Below are positions 26,026 through 38,800 of a stretch of 64,000 nucleotides of DNA, in pieces (position 1 is the first letter of the stretch; each line of letters starts with the position of its first letter). The DNA lies in contig NW_027271146.1 of assembly GCF_040938485.1 (NCBI RefSeq), positions 682,001-746,000 of the forward strand. The letters run 5' to 3'. This DNA comes from Diadema antillarum (taxonomy: Eukaryota). The notes beneath the pieces were generated by a model that saw nothing but the letters and a program-made list of their open reading frames with translations, ran no database searches and was not told the origin of the DNA. Made by a program: the position numbers and the translations under genes.

Positions 26026-26420
26026 TACAAGCTTCGCTATGGATTTAGGTTTTACGTCTATTGTACTTTGGGCATGTTGGGTATACATGGCGGACCAAGT
26101 TGTCCATTTTTCTATAGTCATAATAGGTGATTGCCAGTATCTCAGTTGTATCCAAAATAGGAAATGAATTATATACTTAGTTAATACTCTCTAAATTCCG
26201 TGGATTGAAAGTCAATCTAATAGATTGTAGTCAGGGACCAATCCAAAATTGGATTGAAAGTTTCAATCGAATAAGATATTAGATTGAAAACTTCAATCCA
26301 AAGTTTTGATTGGTCCCTGACTACAATCTATTTCAATCTAAGGAATCTAGATTGTTAGCTGACTGAATTTGCAGTTAAATGATTCAGTGTAAATTGATGT
26401 CAACTTCTTATGATTATTAT

Positions 26421-27015
26421 GTGGCCCTGCATCACAAAACCACACGTACGTTTTCAGACATGGATTTTCAGTTAAGGGCGAATTCTGAAAGAGCAGACTG
26501 ACGTATTCCTAACTGAGAAAAGTGTCTTTAAAGTTTAGGGTCTAGTCAAGTGCGTAATTTCACCCAGCTGTGTTCTCTGCATGCGATGAACCGATGAATG
26601 AAACCAAGTACATGATATCAAATATAATGGAAACCACTATAAAGGGATTATTAAACTAAACTGAAAGTTTGTACATCATAAAGTAGGACCTACATTCTAT
26701 TTATGACCCAAACTTAACTTCCAACGCAATAGCATCATCCTTATTAAAGTTTAGAGTTGAAAGTGTAAAATGTTTGAAGGGTTTCTATAGTGCTCCCAAT
26801 CCGTGAATCTGAGAAAGCAAACGTCAAAGTACTTTAAAAAATGCAAAAAAAAAAATAAAAATACAATAATATACCAGTTCATTTTATGGACCCAAACTTC
26901 AGAAAAATATTGAAGTAGAACTTGCTCTTTTAGAAAATACAGGAAAATGACTAGGTTTTTCTTTTTTACCTGTTAAAGCCCTCACTGAAAATCAGGTCTT
27001 GTGGTGCACGGTCAC
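26421..27015. mobile_element. TIR element with 4-bp TTAT TSD, superfamily uncertain
   Basis: TTAT|GTGGCCCTGCATCACAAAACC...GGTCTTGTGGTGCACGGTCAC|TTAT, plus an internal GATTTTCAGT/ACTGAAAATC inverted motif. Confidence 0.7.
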
Positions 27016-27344
27016 TTATATAATCATAATGTTATATCTGACAATGTCTATACGTGCACAAACTACTCCTGTGAAAATCGTGCGTTTTAGTATAGAAACA
27101 CAGGTAGTATACAAGGAAGTGATCATTATATTGAACATCGGATAAACGATATAATCTGGAACTCATGTTCTGTTAATATTGTTTCAAGTAGGGAACAAAG
27201 AGGGTATAGGTAGTATATCGGATATCAGATATGTATATTCTAGTATCGAATATCAGATATGTAATATTCAAGTACATTAACGCTAAGTGTTTTAAGTGAA
27301 AAAAAAAATCAAATCAGGCAGCCAAATAGGTGATCTATCACTTT

Positions 27345-27675
27345 GTCTACTCCCATTTCGTCTAATACTCGTTCATTCAGTCTCAACTCAGATGGTCTAA
27401 TCCTGTTTCGTCTACAACCAGTTCGGCTAAAGGCCTTTCAGGCAAATTGCCACTTAGCCTCATTACCAGTTGGTCTACTTCCAGATGGGGTATACCCATT
27501 TCGCCTAATGCTTACAATCTATTAGACAAAACTGTGGGAAAAAAAAACCCCAAGGAGACAAAATTGCAATACATGTAATACCATCTGGTCATTAGACGAA
27601 ACGGTGATTAGTCAAACTGGGCATTAGACCAAGTGAGGATTAGACAAAATGGGGAATTGGACGAAATTAGACGCA
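27345..27675. repeat. Foldback-like element with TTCGTCTA motifs on the left and TAGACGAA/TAGACAAA motifs on the right
   Basis: About 6 degenerate copies per side in opposite orientations. The termini are not clearly resolved. Confidence 0.55.
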
Positions 27676-27832
27676 AATCTTAAGCTCGATGATACCTATA
27701 TTCTGTATAAAGTCAAGAAGAAATTTTGAAAATCCATCTCTCGTCTCTTCTTTTTTTTTTATATTCTGATGGAATTTTGACTTTTTGTTGTTCAAATTTA
27801 CTCGTTGATGCAAAACTTGAACACCGTTCAAT

Positions 27833-28510
27833 ATGACCGAATTGAAATTGATACATAATTCTATTGTGTTACCTTATCTTGATTACGGTGATGTAGTATG
27901 GCAATCCGCCAACGGTAACTCTATTTCCCAACTTCAGAAGATGCAAAATAGAGTCTGGGAATTAATTTTGAAAGTTAACCCTTATTCCCATATTACTACC
28001 AGTGATGTTCATTACGGCTTAGGTTGGAATACAGTAACCAAAAGACAAAAAATAATAATCTGCTATCATTCATGTATAAGATTATGAATGACATGACCCC
28101 TGAATATATGAAAGATATGTCTAAGTACAAGACATCACCATACTCTCTCCGTAATCAAAACGATTTACAGTTACCACAGCCTAAAAAGAATTATTATAAG
28201 AGGTCTTTCTCATGCAGAGCCACAGCAGCGTATGATAACATACCCAATGATTTACGTCAACTTTCCTCTTTACCCGTCTTTAAGTTCAATTTAGACAGAA
28301 CCGAAATCCTTTCCACTTGATATATTTTTATATGTTCCAAACCTGTGAACAATATGTAATAATATGGCACTATGTAGTCACAATGTAGTAATGTATGTAC
28401 CGTTCTATTTGTGTTTGTGCTATGTTTTATTATATTGTCTATGTCTATTGTGAACAGGGCCCCATCCAGAAGTGACTATCATTGTATCTGCTGAAAATGG
28501 GCCACCCTCC
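27833..28510 (+). mobile_element. CR1/L2-group LINE 3' fragment (end of ORF2 plus 3' UTR)
   Basis: NSIVLPYLDYGDVVW...LQKMQNR...LGW and FMYKIMN..TPEY...YSLRN...LPQPK.NYYKRSFS...YDNIP..LR match the post-RT region of CR1/L2 elements. One frameshift near 28050. Confidence 0.85.
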
Positions 28511-29506
28511 GTATGTTTTTCCTTTTTTTGACCTTAACGTAATGGAATATGTTGATTTTATAGTACGGAAAGCAAACAAACAAACCGAGTGGAATCATAG
28601 TATATATAGCGTTTAACAGTGACTCTGATGTTGTATGTTGGTTATCATGGTTTGGTTTCTCTTCTGAAAAAATGTTGTCAGTATTGTCTCACCAAGGAGG
28701 TGTGTAATACCTCCTCGGTCTCACCTTACGTAACGATACATTAATAATGGCTTGCTCAGAGTGCGACGGCAACTCGTTACCTCGAGCTTTAGACAGTTGT
28801 TAGAGAATTAACTTTCTCTTTTGCTGACAGCTAGAGATTCAACATTACTTGCGTATTTGTAGCTGTTATTGCTTCTTCTTTTTTGTTTTCCACGGCTGTG
28901 TTTTGAATCTCGAATCATGCAGCCATCATATTCAACCGTGACGTATAAAAGCCATGCCTCCTTTAGACTCGACATCCGATTAAGGTTCCTGAAGTAGTGT
29001 CTTGAACAATCGTCTTAATATTCGAAATTTTACGTCTTACAGTTTCCTCTTCCACAGATGATGTTAAATGCAATATCCCGTCTAAAACAATCCACATAAC
29101 AAAAACCAATTTAGTCGTATTTATTTATCAGTTCAGTTCAAGTCTATCATCAGACTTTATTCACATATTTTCCTTCAATAACGGCAATGAATTAGATATC
29201 TCATTCATTTGGAAAACATCGCGGCCATATTCCAAGGTGCGTATATGATATACTTCATAACATAATCGCCTCAGCTGCCTAACTTACTCGGGGTGGGGTT
29301 AGGGAAACGTCTTATTCCATAGCATCAGGCAGCACACGCCAGGCAAGTTTCGAACCTGGAATCTCGTGGTTATGAGTCCACAGTTCATACCGCAGAGTTC
29401 AATACTGGATAGATTTTATATCACAATCGTAACACCATGATCGTTGGATATTCTTGCCTGTCTTCGGGATTGCTCAAACTGTCACATCAGTGTTTCTAAT
29501 GCTTAA

Positions 29507-30465
29507 AGGGATAGTACAGTATTGGTGGAGATGAAAATTGGGCTTTTAAGTTTTTGCAAGATACCAAGAAAACACTTATAAAATTGTACAGAGCATACCA
29601 TTTTAAAGGACAAGTTCACCTTCATACACATGTGGATTGAGTGAATGCAGCAATATTAGTAGAACACATCAGTGAAAGTTTGGGGGAAATTGGACAATCC
29701 GTTCAAAAGTTATGAATTTTTAAAGTATCTGCGTAATCACTGATGGATGAGAAGACTACTATAGTGTATGATGTCATATGCGTACAACCATATAAAGAAA
29801 ATAAAAAGAGAATTTCACAAAACTTTACTTTTTGAATTAAGTGCACATTTCTTCGACTTGTTACTGACATATGTTAAGGGTAATATTATTCCCCCTGCCT
29901 TCTGAAAGAGAGAAGTCAAGTGTTCTTTTGTTATGCGAGAAAAGTGAATATATGTTGAATTTTCTTTATTCTTTCTTTATATCGTTGTACTCATGTGACA
30001 TCACAAGCTATAGTAGTCTTCTCATCCAGTCTTGAGTGAGCAGAAACTTCAAAAATTCATAACTTTTGAAAGGATTTTCCGATTTTCATCAAACTCTCAA
30101 TGATGTGCTCTACTAATATTGCTGCATTCACTCAACCCACATGTCTATGAAGGTGAACTTGTCCTTTAAGAGGAATTCAAAGTTTATTTGATAAAAATCG
30201 GGTTTGGAATGACTGAAACATTCAAAAACAAAGTAAAACAAAGCGATCGTAATAAAGTGTATAGGTCTCACACTTTATTAGAATCGCTCTGTTTTGGATA
30301 TCTCAGCCATTTCAAAACCAATTTTCATCAAATTAACGTTGAATTCCTCATGGAATTACATGCTTTTTCATATTTCATAAGAAGTTTCTCAATATCTCAC
30401 CAAAAAAAAAAAAAAAAAATGTTAGAAACCTGAAATTAGGTCTCAACCAAAACTATACGATCCCT
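29507..30465. mobile_element. Kolobok-like element X, split by a nested insertion
   Basis: TTAA|AGGGATAGTACAGTATTGGTGGAGA...TCTCAACCAAAACTATACGATCCCT|TTAA. The two halves rejoin to match the intact relative at 41199-41580. Confidence 0.8.
29607..30165 (+). mobile_element. Kolobok-like MITE copy A, nested in X
   Basis: TTAA|AGGACAAGTTCACCTTC...GAAGGTGAACTTGTCCT|TTAA with long TIRs. Confidence 0.88.
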
Positions 30466-30469
30466 TTAA

Positions 30470-31066
30470 AGAGGAAATCCAGTCCAAATATAAGTTAGTT
30501 TGATAAAAAGAGCAAAATTTTACGAGTTCAACGGTAAAAATCTGACTGAAATCGGATGAAAAATGAGGAAGTTATAACATTTTGAAGTTTTGATAATTTC
30601 TTCAACACAGTTCTAGTACAGTGGGTATGAATATGCAAATGAGTGAGCTGACCATGTCATACCCTCACAATTTTCTATTGATCGTGTATACACACAAAAA
30701 AAGACAAAAATTCAATGTTTCTGTCATTGAAGTCTGAAACATGATGTTATTCCTGCCGGTTGAATAACTTCAAAATATTGATCAGTTAGATATATGAGAA
30801 TTTTAGCCTCCGGCATAATTGCGTTTGAATGAAAAACTGGAAATTTCAAAATGTTATGTACAAACTTAGTAAGTTGTGAGGGAATGACATGCTCACTTTG
30901 CCATTTGCAAAATCATATTGACTGCTCAAGAACTGTTTCCCCCCAAAATAGCGAAACTTCAAAATGTCATTATATTCATCCGATTTCGATCAAATTTATA
31001 CCGTTGAACTCGTAATATTTTACTCTTTCTTATCAGACTAACTTATATTTGGACTGGATTTCCCCT
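30470..31066 (+). mobile_element. Kolobok-like element Y abutting X
   Basis: TTAA|AGAGGAAATCCAGTCCAAATATAAG...CTTATATTTGGACTGGATTTCCCCT. Homologous in reverse orientation to 62558-63218. Confidence 0.8.
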
Positions 31067-31823
31067 ATACTTCGTCTAGTGCATTTCATAATTGATGAGT
31101 TGATAGCACAAATGACTTGAATCACAATGAATTAATTTCAAAGAATGATGTTACTTTCCCTTCAATATAGTACATGTCAGTAAAGTTATATACAACTCAA
31201 ATAATATTCTCTTCGAACTGGTCGAATCGCACATATTTCTATCATAATTATATTCAATTTGTAGTTCTGATGAATTTCAGTGCTGAGAAACCTTTCAAAG
31301 ATTAAGCTGAAGTCTTGATAAAAGAGAAGCGATCTTATCACAATGTTCTTCCTTGGTAAATGCACATATCAAAGCAGGTAGGCCTATATTGATCTACAGT
31401 GCTCTTGATCAATCCACACACAAGAATAACAATGGGAGCGAGACGGGATATACAAAGGCCTTACCGACTTCTGAAAATAACACTGTTTTTGTTTTTGTTT
31501 TTTTGTTTTTTTGGTTTTTTTTTTTGGTTTAGGTACATGGACGTGTAATCATATATTGAGGAAATAGTTTTTGATATGATGCTTCTTATGATATTTTGAA
31601 TTTGAAATGCACTTACAAGCATGTTGTAACAAGTCTTGTGTTTGTTAACTCTTTGCTGTATGATTAAATGAAAACTGATGATTTTTATTATCACTCTTGT
31701 GTTTTCCGGGAAAAACAAATAAACGCAGAAGCGTTGAAACATTCTCTGATCTATATAAAAACGGTAAAACCCACAGTTATACATTATTAATTTGTCTTTC
31801 TCCTTATCTCTCCTAGAACTTAA

Positions 31824-32383
31824 AGGACAAGATCACCTTCATAGACATGTGGGTTGAGTGAATGCAGCAATATTAGTAGAACACATCAGTGAGAGTTTGA
31901 GCAAAATCGGACAATCCGTTCAAAAGTTATGAATTTTTGAAGTTTCTGCTCAGTCACGGCTGGATGAAAAGACTACTATAGCTTGTGATGTCACATGAGT
32001 ACAACGATATAAAGAAAGAATAAAGAAAATTCAACATATTCTCACTTTTCTCGAATAACAAAATAACACTTGACTTCTCTCTTTCAGAAGGCAGGGGGAA
32101 TAATATTACCCTTAACATATGTCAGTAACAAGTCGAAGAAATGTGCACTTAATTCAAAAAGTAAAGTTTTGTGAAATTCTCTTTTTATTTTCTTTATATG
32201 GTTGTACGCATATGACATCATACACTATAGTAGTCTTCTCATCCAGCAGTGACTACGCAGATACTTTAAAAAATTCATAACGTTTGAACGGATTGTCCGA
32301 TTTTCCCCAAACTTCCACTGATGTGTTCTACTAATATTGCTGCATTCACTCAATCCACATGTATATGAAGGTGGACTTGTCCT
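31824..32383 (-). mobile_element. Kolobok-like MITE copy B (reverse complement of copy A)
   Basis: TTAA-flanked. The asymmetric core is the reverse complement of the core of 29607-30165, with high identity. Confidence 0.88.
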
Positions 32384-33814
32384 TTAATACAACCGTCTCC
32401 GAGATTTGTGACAAAAAAATAATAATTTGTAGAGTTGACGAAAGCTCGTTGAGTGTTTTCATGTATACACCTGTTTCAATCTTAGCTATTGATTAGAACT
32501 GCGCTTTGTGTCACTGTTGCTGCTGTTGTTGTTGGTGTAGAGGTCAACACACCATTCCGCACGATTTATTCCGTTGTCCAGACAAAGGAGTACAGTTGTT
32601 CAACAAAGCGGATCGTGTGAGGCTTTCGCCCGGGGGTTGACCGGACGGATTTAGGAACGACAGTCCATTCATTGCGTGATTTGTAAAAGAAAGGGAATTC
32701 CCCTTCGTCTCCACCAAATGACTCTATATCATGTACTGTATTTGGCTCTTTTCTCTTATCTATCATACTCTCCTTTTCCCAGGGCCTTATTGTGTTCGCA
32801 AAATGCAGTTCGTACTAGTATTTTTTTTTTTTACGTCTACGCATATCAAGCCATAGGCTACGTGCAGAGTTATGAGGGGTAATTCTGGAGGTGATGAAGT
32901 TTGCATTCTCTTCCCTCCTTAAAACTGATTCTATCAAGATCGGATGTCAGTCATCAAACCCAGTTGATTCTGATGTGTGATCTCATTGCCTCGTAGACTA
33001 GGAATGAGGCATGCAGTTAATGGTAAGTTTGTTCTATTTTAAACAAAATCCACAGCTCTATACAGTTTTACAGGTATTATGACAAGTCGACTGCAGTCAA
33101 TCAGCTGTGAAAAGTTCCCGTACCAGAGAGAGTTGTAATATTGATTGAATATGCATAATAGTATTGGGAAAGTCTTCTTGAAAGAGTGAACAGTACGCAT
33201 CGCTTCTTCGTATCAAAGTAACTTTTATCAGCACTATTTCCCCTTACATGTCACAGCTTCGATTCGCATGCAGTCAATACTGCATGCGACGGGGCATACG
33301 GCAAAGGAGAATGTTTTTGTTGATTAAAAGCTACAATAAACCTCTTTCAAATTTGCTTGAGCATGTTTCGCATCCATTTTCTCCTTTGCATAATTTGTCT
33401 TATTGGCAAGTATTGATTTGAGACTGAAAGCACGCGTCAATTACTTCGAAGGATCATCAAACCAAAAAGTATAGGTGATGGGGGAATTTCTATAGAACAT
33501 TGCACAATGTATGTTTGACACGTATTCAATTTTTCGGCATTGATTACAGCTACATTAATTCGAAACCAAAACGGAACGCAATTGTAAGCTGCTACTGCTT
33601 TGTTAATCTTTACGTCCAATAAGTTGTAGGAGATAGAGCGAAAATATATTAGTTGCGATATTGTAATGACTTCTGTGCGAATGGCTCATCTTTAAACAAT
33701 ATAGGGCCTACTGTCTCGAGAGTTGGAAGATTTCACAACTGCAATAAAGTATCAAAACAACAACAGTAACAACAAAAACAACGACACAAACAAAATAAAC
33801 ACACACACATACAC

Positions 33815-33845
<31 letters not shown>

Positions 33846-34559
33846 TGCCAGACGTTGAAACAGCAGGCACATCGCTTTATATTGGGTAAATTTCCACAAA
33901 TTTACCCAGTCTTTCAAGCGGCATTCTTCTTTCTGATACATAGGCCTATATCAAAGAAAAAAGAACGAATTACTAGTATATTGATAATTGAGTAATTGAT
34001 TACACAGTTATCTAGAGGTTAATGGCATTGTATTTGTTTCTTTTGTTTTCTAGTCCCATCTTGTTTGTATAAGGTAGAGCTAGATGCAAATCGCTGAGGA
34101 TTTAGCATCTTCCAACGAAAAATCGGGAAGTATAAAGGGAAGTTGAAGGAAAAAAGAACTGTGGGCTGAAATGACGCTGTACTACCCGCCGAGGAGTAAC
34201 CTCGTTTAGTTGTTATACGTTTAAAGTACTTGCCCGTCGACGCCACCAATCTCTATTTCCTATGCAGTTAGATCAGTGATCGACGCTAGACAGTGGGAGC
34301 TAGCCTTTCATCACTTTCGGCGGTTGTTGTGTCATATTCATCGTTGCGTGATGGTGATTATTTTTCCCTACATCAAAATATCTCCTTTCATTCAAATGTC
34401 TCCTTTAATATCTCCTTTCACTTATGGCGTAATGATGATAAAGTTACAAGAAAATGTTTGATGTATAGTCCAAGTGTATGTAAACTTTATTTTAAAGCCA
34501 ATAGGAAATCAAATAGTCTTAATTACAGTGTTAATTTTTGTAAGATAATGTTGGCATTC

Positions 34560-34862
34560 AGTGATTTGAATTTAAAAAGTTGAGCTCGAGTTGTAGCTAT
34601 TACTTTGAACCATTTTTAGAATATTAATTGTAGTAATTATTGACTGCAGGTTGTGGACTACTATCCCAACAGAGAATGAGAAGCAAACATATTGTGTCAC
34701 ATGTCATACACATGTCATGTAAATAATTATGTATATATGTTATATCTGTTCATTGTTATTCATGTTGTTTTGTATCTCATACAATGTCAAACCTTTATAT
34801 GCCCAGTTGGGGCCAAAAGGTGTGTTTTACATTAAAGTTCAAAGTTCAAAGTTCAAAGTTCA
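34560..34862 (+). mobile_element. Probable retroposon 3' end with (AAAGTTC)n tail
   Basis: UTR-like sequence ending in ATTAAA-(AAAGTTC)x~4. No recognisable coding remnant. Confidence 0.3.
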
Positions 34863-35029
34863 AGTCAACCACGTTTAAACAAAACAAGCGTGTAAACATG
34901 ACGGTTATCAAAACGTTCCGCAGATCAAAAGAACAACAGCCCCTTAACATAAATCATTGAATGACTGAATGAGTGAAATTTTGTGACACACATGCTCCTC
35001 CTCCCTCCCCCCCCCCCCTCACACACGTG

Positions 35030-35533
35030 CACAAGCACGCACACACACGCACACACGAACCAGCGAGCATGCAAGTGAACCCTGAATGGGAATGCGCAGA
35101 CCAAGTTGTCACTCCGTAACAGTCTGCGCATGCGCACATACATTCTTTCACTCTGTTGGGGAAGCAGACGACAAGTTTTGGAGATATGCGGTGGGTTACA
35201 CCACCAGTGACTGGCCCATTGGTGAGGGACAGTCTGTTCGGTTGTCATTCACAGGCCATCTTTACTCCGAGTGAGGACGGAAAGAAAACAACAAGTTATC
35301 ACAGAACTATAACCTGGTCGCACTGTACAGCCAATTTTGTCTTGTGCACTCTTGTAACAAACACTGGAGCGATCACCTCCCAATTCCAATCAGGTCCTCG
35401 TCCAAACGAGGGAAGTGAGACAAAACTTCATCTTGCGGCTTGCCTTCGCCGCTCTCTGCCTGAATTTGGACGTCACTTACTGTGAAGGATAACAAGTTGG
35501 AGTAGGTAGCTGTATTCGGCAGCCTTGGTAAGT
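35030..35533 (+). promoter_or_regulatory. Candidate promoter and non-coding first exon, possibly of the LRR-Ig gene
   Basis: CpG-retaining segment with a perfect TGCGCATGCGCA palindrome (NRF1/EWG/P3A2-type site) at 35125-35136. It is followed by about 350 nt of UTR-like sequence ending at a consensus donor TTG|GTAAGT (GT at 35528). The link to the gene is inferred. Confidence 0.4.
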
Positions 35534-38500
35534 TTCATTTTATTCAGATGTAATTGATTGGAGTGATAATTTGGTGTTCTCCTGTCATTGTTATTGTTGT
35601 TGATGCCAGAGTGTGCCGTATATTCATCTTGGGGAAGGGTAAGGGAGAGGGGGTCGTAGGGATGGGCGTTACGGGGGAAGCTTTACCGGTCCACGGATGA
35701 ATATGCACTCCATGTTCGGCCGTCGTTTGTAATTCTCCCACCTCTAGCCCTGCTACTACATGTACAAAGATCGCGATACTCGCTCATGCCCATGCAGTTA
35801 CCACTTTCGTTTACCAATATGATGGAGTATGGAGATACTACTAGTAGTAGGTAGCAGATTGACCGAAATAACGGTCTGTATCTTGTCGTCGAGGATATTT
35901 TCCGCGGAGACTGCATCAGCCTCGGCATAACATCCCTACGGCGTGACGCATCATGCTCAGTTATGCGGGATCATCACCTTTGCTGTGATTTATCCATTCT
36001 TACGGTTGCTAGGGGTGAGTCACATAAACCAAGACTGAAGTTACAGCAGGAGCTTGCTGGTAGATCCATGGTATAATTAAGGAGTGTTTACTTTTAGTAT
36101 GCGGGATTCCAACTACTTAAATGCTAATACCTGCTGATAACGCTTTCTAAATCCATTTGACTGCGCCCGCTAACTATCGCAGCGAAATTATTTCAAAGTA
36201 CTCAAAGTCAACATCTATTTTGTGCATTTACTTAGTTATCTAAAAACTCTCAGTTTTGGAGTTGTAATGGGGTACGAAATTTGGAAGATAATGTGACCTG
36301 CACGATTTTTTGTTTTCTACTCCATTCAGGCTAATGAGTATTCGGACAAATTGCATAATATTTTACTTTCCAGAACATTATGTGATAAGCTCTAATTTTA
36401 TTGATTAAGTATTCATTTCGTCATAACTATCATGCTTTTTTCAGAACTCAGTGTGGAGACTGGGGAACAAAATGCAGCTATAGAACTTCGAGTCCTCAAA
36501 TTCTAATTGAATTTTCCCAGTTGCTGACAAGTACGATTGAACTACGAACATTCAAAACACCATGCATGACTTATCACACATAATATTACCACAGTATCCT
36601 TTGAAATGTATAGAGAGCAGCTATGCATGTCATCACCCCAAGAACCATTTACAGTCATGTACACCCTCTCAGAAGAAATAGACTCCACTGCGCTTGAACT
36701 CTGAACAAAGATTTGGGGTATACAGGTGCCAGACAGTACCTCCTCCGTGCACCGACTGATCCAGTGATTGGTGATGAATGGTTGATGTGAGGAGGTCATG
36801 CAGTCTGTACCTCATATGCAATACATCGATCCCGAGGCTGTAGGCTGGCAGGGTTTTGCATCGAACGAAAATCTTTTCACCAAGGACGTATACACACACG
36901 CACAAACACACACCTGCACATTACACAGAGGAAATCCAAGCATTGATAAAAGGTTGCCTATTTCACGCGTATCCTGAGTTGACTGGGTTCAAGCCTGAGC
37001 CTGTAGTTCGACAGGAAAGTGGGCGGGAACCAACGCACTTCTCATCCTCCACACAACGGAGGTTTTATACTGAAGAGGGATATGGAAAGTTGGGGAGTCT
37101 AATGTCCATGGGCTTAACATTCCCATCCAAAAACGTATACTAACATGATTTTAAAATGATTTCCTCGCACCCACAAGTGGATTTTTGTTTCATCTGTGTT
37201 TGACTATGTCTCTTCCGTTCATTGCAAACAATACTCCTATACAGGAGTATTATGAAATCTCGTTTCAAGACCAGAAAGGTAACCTCCCAGGGTCTGTGAA
37301 AACGAGGAGTAAACTCTTCAAACAAAACTCTCCAAACATTCTATTTGCTCTTCGGTTCCACTGGATTCTCAAGAACAAACTCAACGTACTTTGTTCCTGT
37401 TCCGGGACTTCCCCTTTTTGTGTTGTCATTGCAACATTGAAATATATTGCGTTATGTATCGCAAAATACAATTGTTGAGATAACTTAAATGAACTATTGT
37501 TACGAGAAGGAATTATTAAACGCGCTCTCCCTGTTGTGGATATAAATTCCAACGTGTCTACTCTTTGGTTTTCGTTATGTTGCCATGGATTCCTCAGCTC
37601 ATTTTATGACTTCAGCCCCCTCCACCCCCCACCCCCGAAAGATAGAATAAAAGATGATAATAAAATTCACCAAAATTCATCAGATGGCGGTTGGGATGAG
37701 GTAATATTTACTGTACTTGAATTCCAACTTGACCACCAATCGGTTTGTATAGAAGAAAGTCCAACCAAGGAGGGTCCTCAAGATTACTATACCTCAAAGC
37801 CGGAGTGTCGCTCAAAATTTCTTTCGTTATATCGAAATTTCGATATAAAGGAACATTTTATGAACAATAAAGATACATATGGGGGATAAGGTTGCGGCCT
37901 GAATTTTTACTTCTTTCTAACCGGAAGTTTGTTATACTCGTGTTCGTTAGCGGGAGTGCACTGTACACTTAATCTGGTGTACACGTGAAGAAACGGGTTC
38001 CTGCATGTGAGAAATGCAAGTTTCACACAGAATTCTGGTTGTTAATTATTCTCATTGACCGTCATTTGCTACCTATGACTCTTGTGTACCTACCTCTATC
38101 ATAAAGCCTCTAAAAATCCCCGTATAATCTCAGATTGTTTTTTTTTTTAACGATAAAGTTTATACATGTCGTAGCAATTTTAACAGCCTTTTATCTTGTT
38201 CAAGAGAAATTTACATCAGAGTAGTATACAGGGCGATTGTCATCAAACGCGGAAAATCCTTGGGGGAGCTAAGAAAGAAGATTGCTATTGTTGATCGTAT
38301 TTTATTTGAATCAACGCCATCCACTCACTCGTATATAGAGCACAGAAAAATGTACTGAGCACATATGAAAAAAACCATGATAGAAATATTGATATGAACA
38401 GCATTATTTCCCGTCCTCGCCACATGCAGCAAACGGTACTCACGGTCTTGGGATTGCAACGAGAATCCGTAATTATTGTGATTTTCTTCGTTTGATTAAC

Positions 38501-38760
38501 AAACAAGCAATATTACTTATCATTGTTAAATCGCATTTTTTTATATCTTCAGATGATAATAATCTCATTAGAGTCAGGTCTATATTATTAGAAGACATTT
38601 CATTTTCTTCTTCAAAATTTGAATTCTCGGTTCTTCGACTTTGCTCTCATTATTCTCACTGTTCTCATTGTCAAACATCTGCAGGTTGGACAGGATGGCC
38701 GCTATATAATTATATGCACAGGGTCTTTAACGTGGCTTTTTTCTCGGGAGAATTTTAGTG

Positions 38761-38800
38761 ACCACTAAGGAAGGTTTGGCACCACTAAAGAAGGTTTGGC
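38761..38800 (+). repeat. 20-bp tandem duplication
   Basis: ACCACTAAGGAAGGTTTGGC ACCACTAAAGAAGGTTTGGC. Confidence 0.9.

Noticed and set aside
29300-29395. Possible third SINE head (GGTTCGAAAC on the minus strand)
   Set aside because: Only a degenerate B box; no clear A box.
36550-36900. Possible decayed L2/CR1 C-terminus on the minus strand (LHDLL...EFKRS)
   Set aside because: Similarity is vague and spread across frames.
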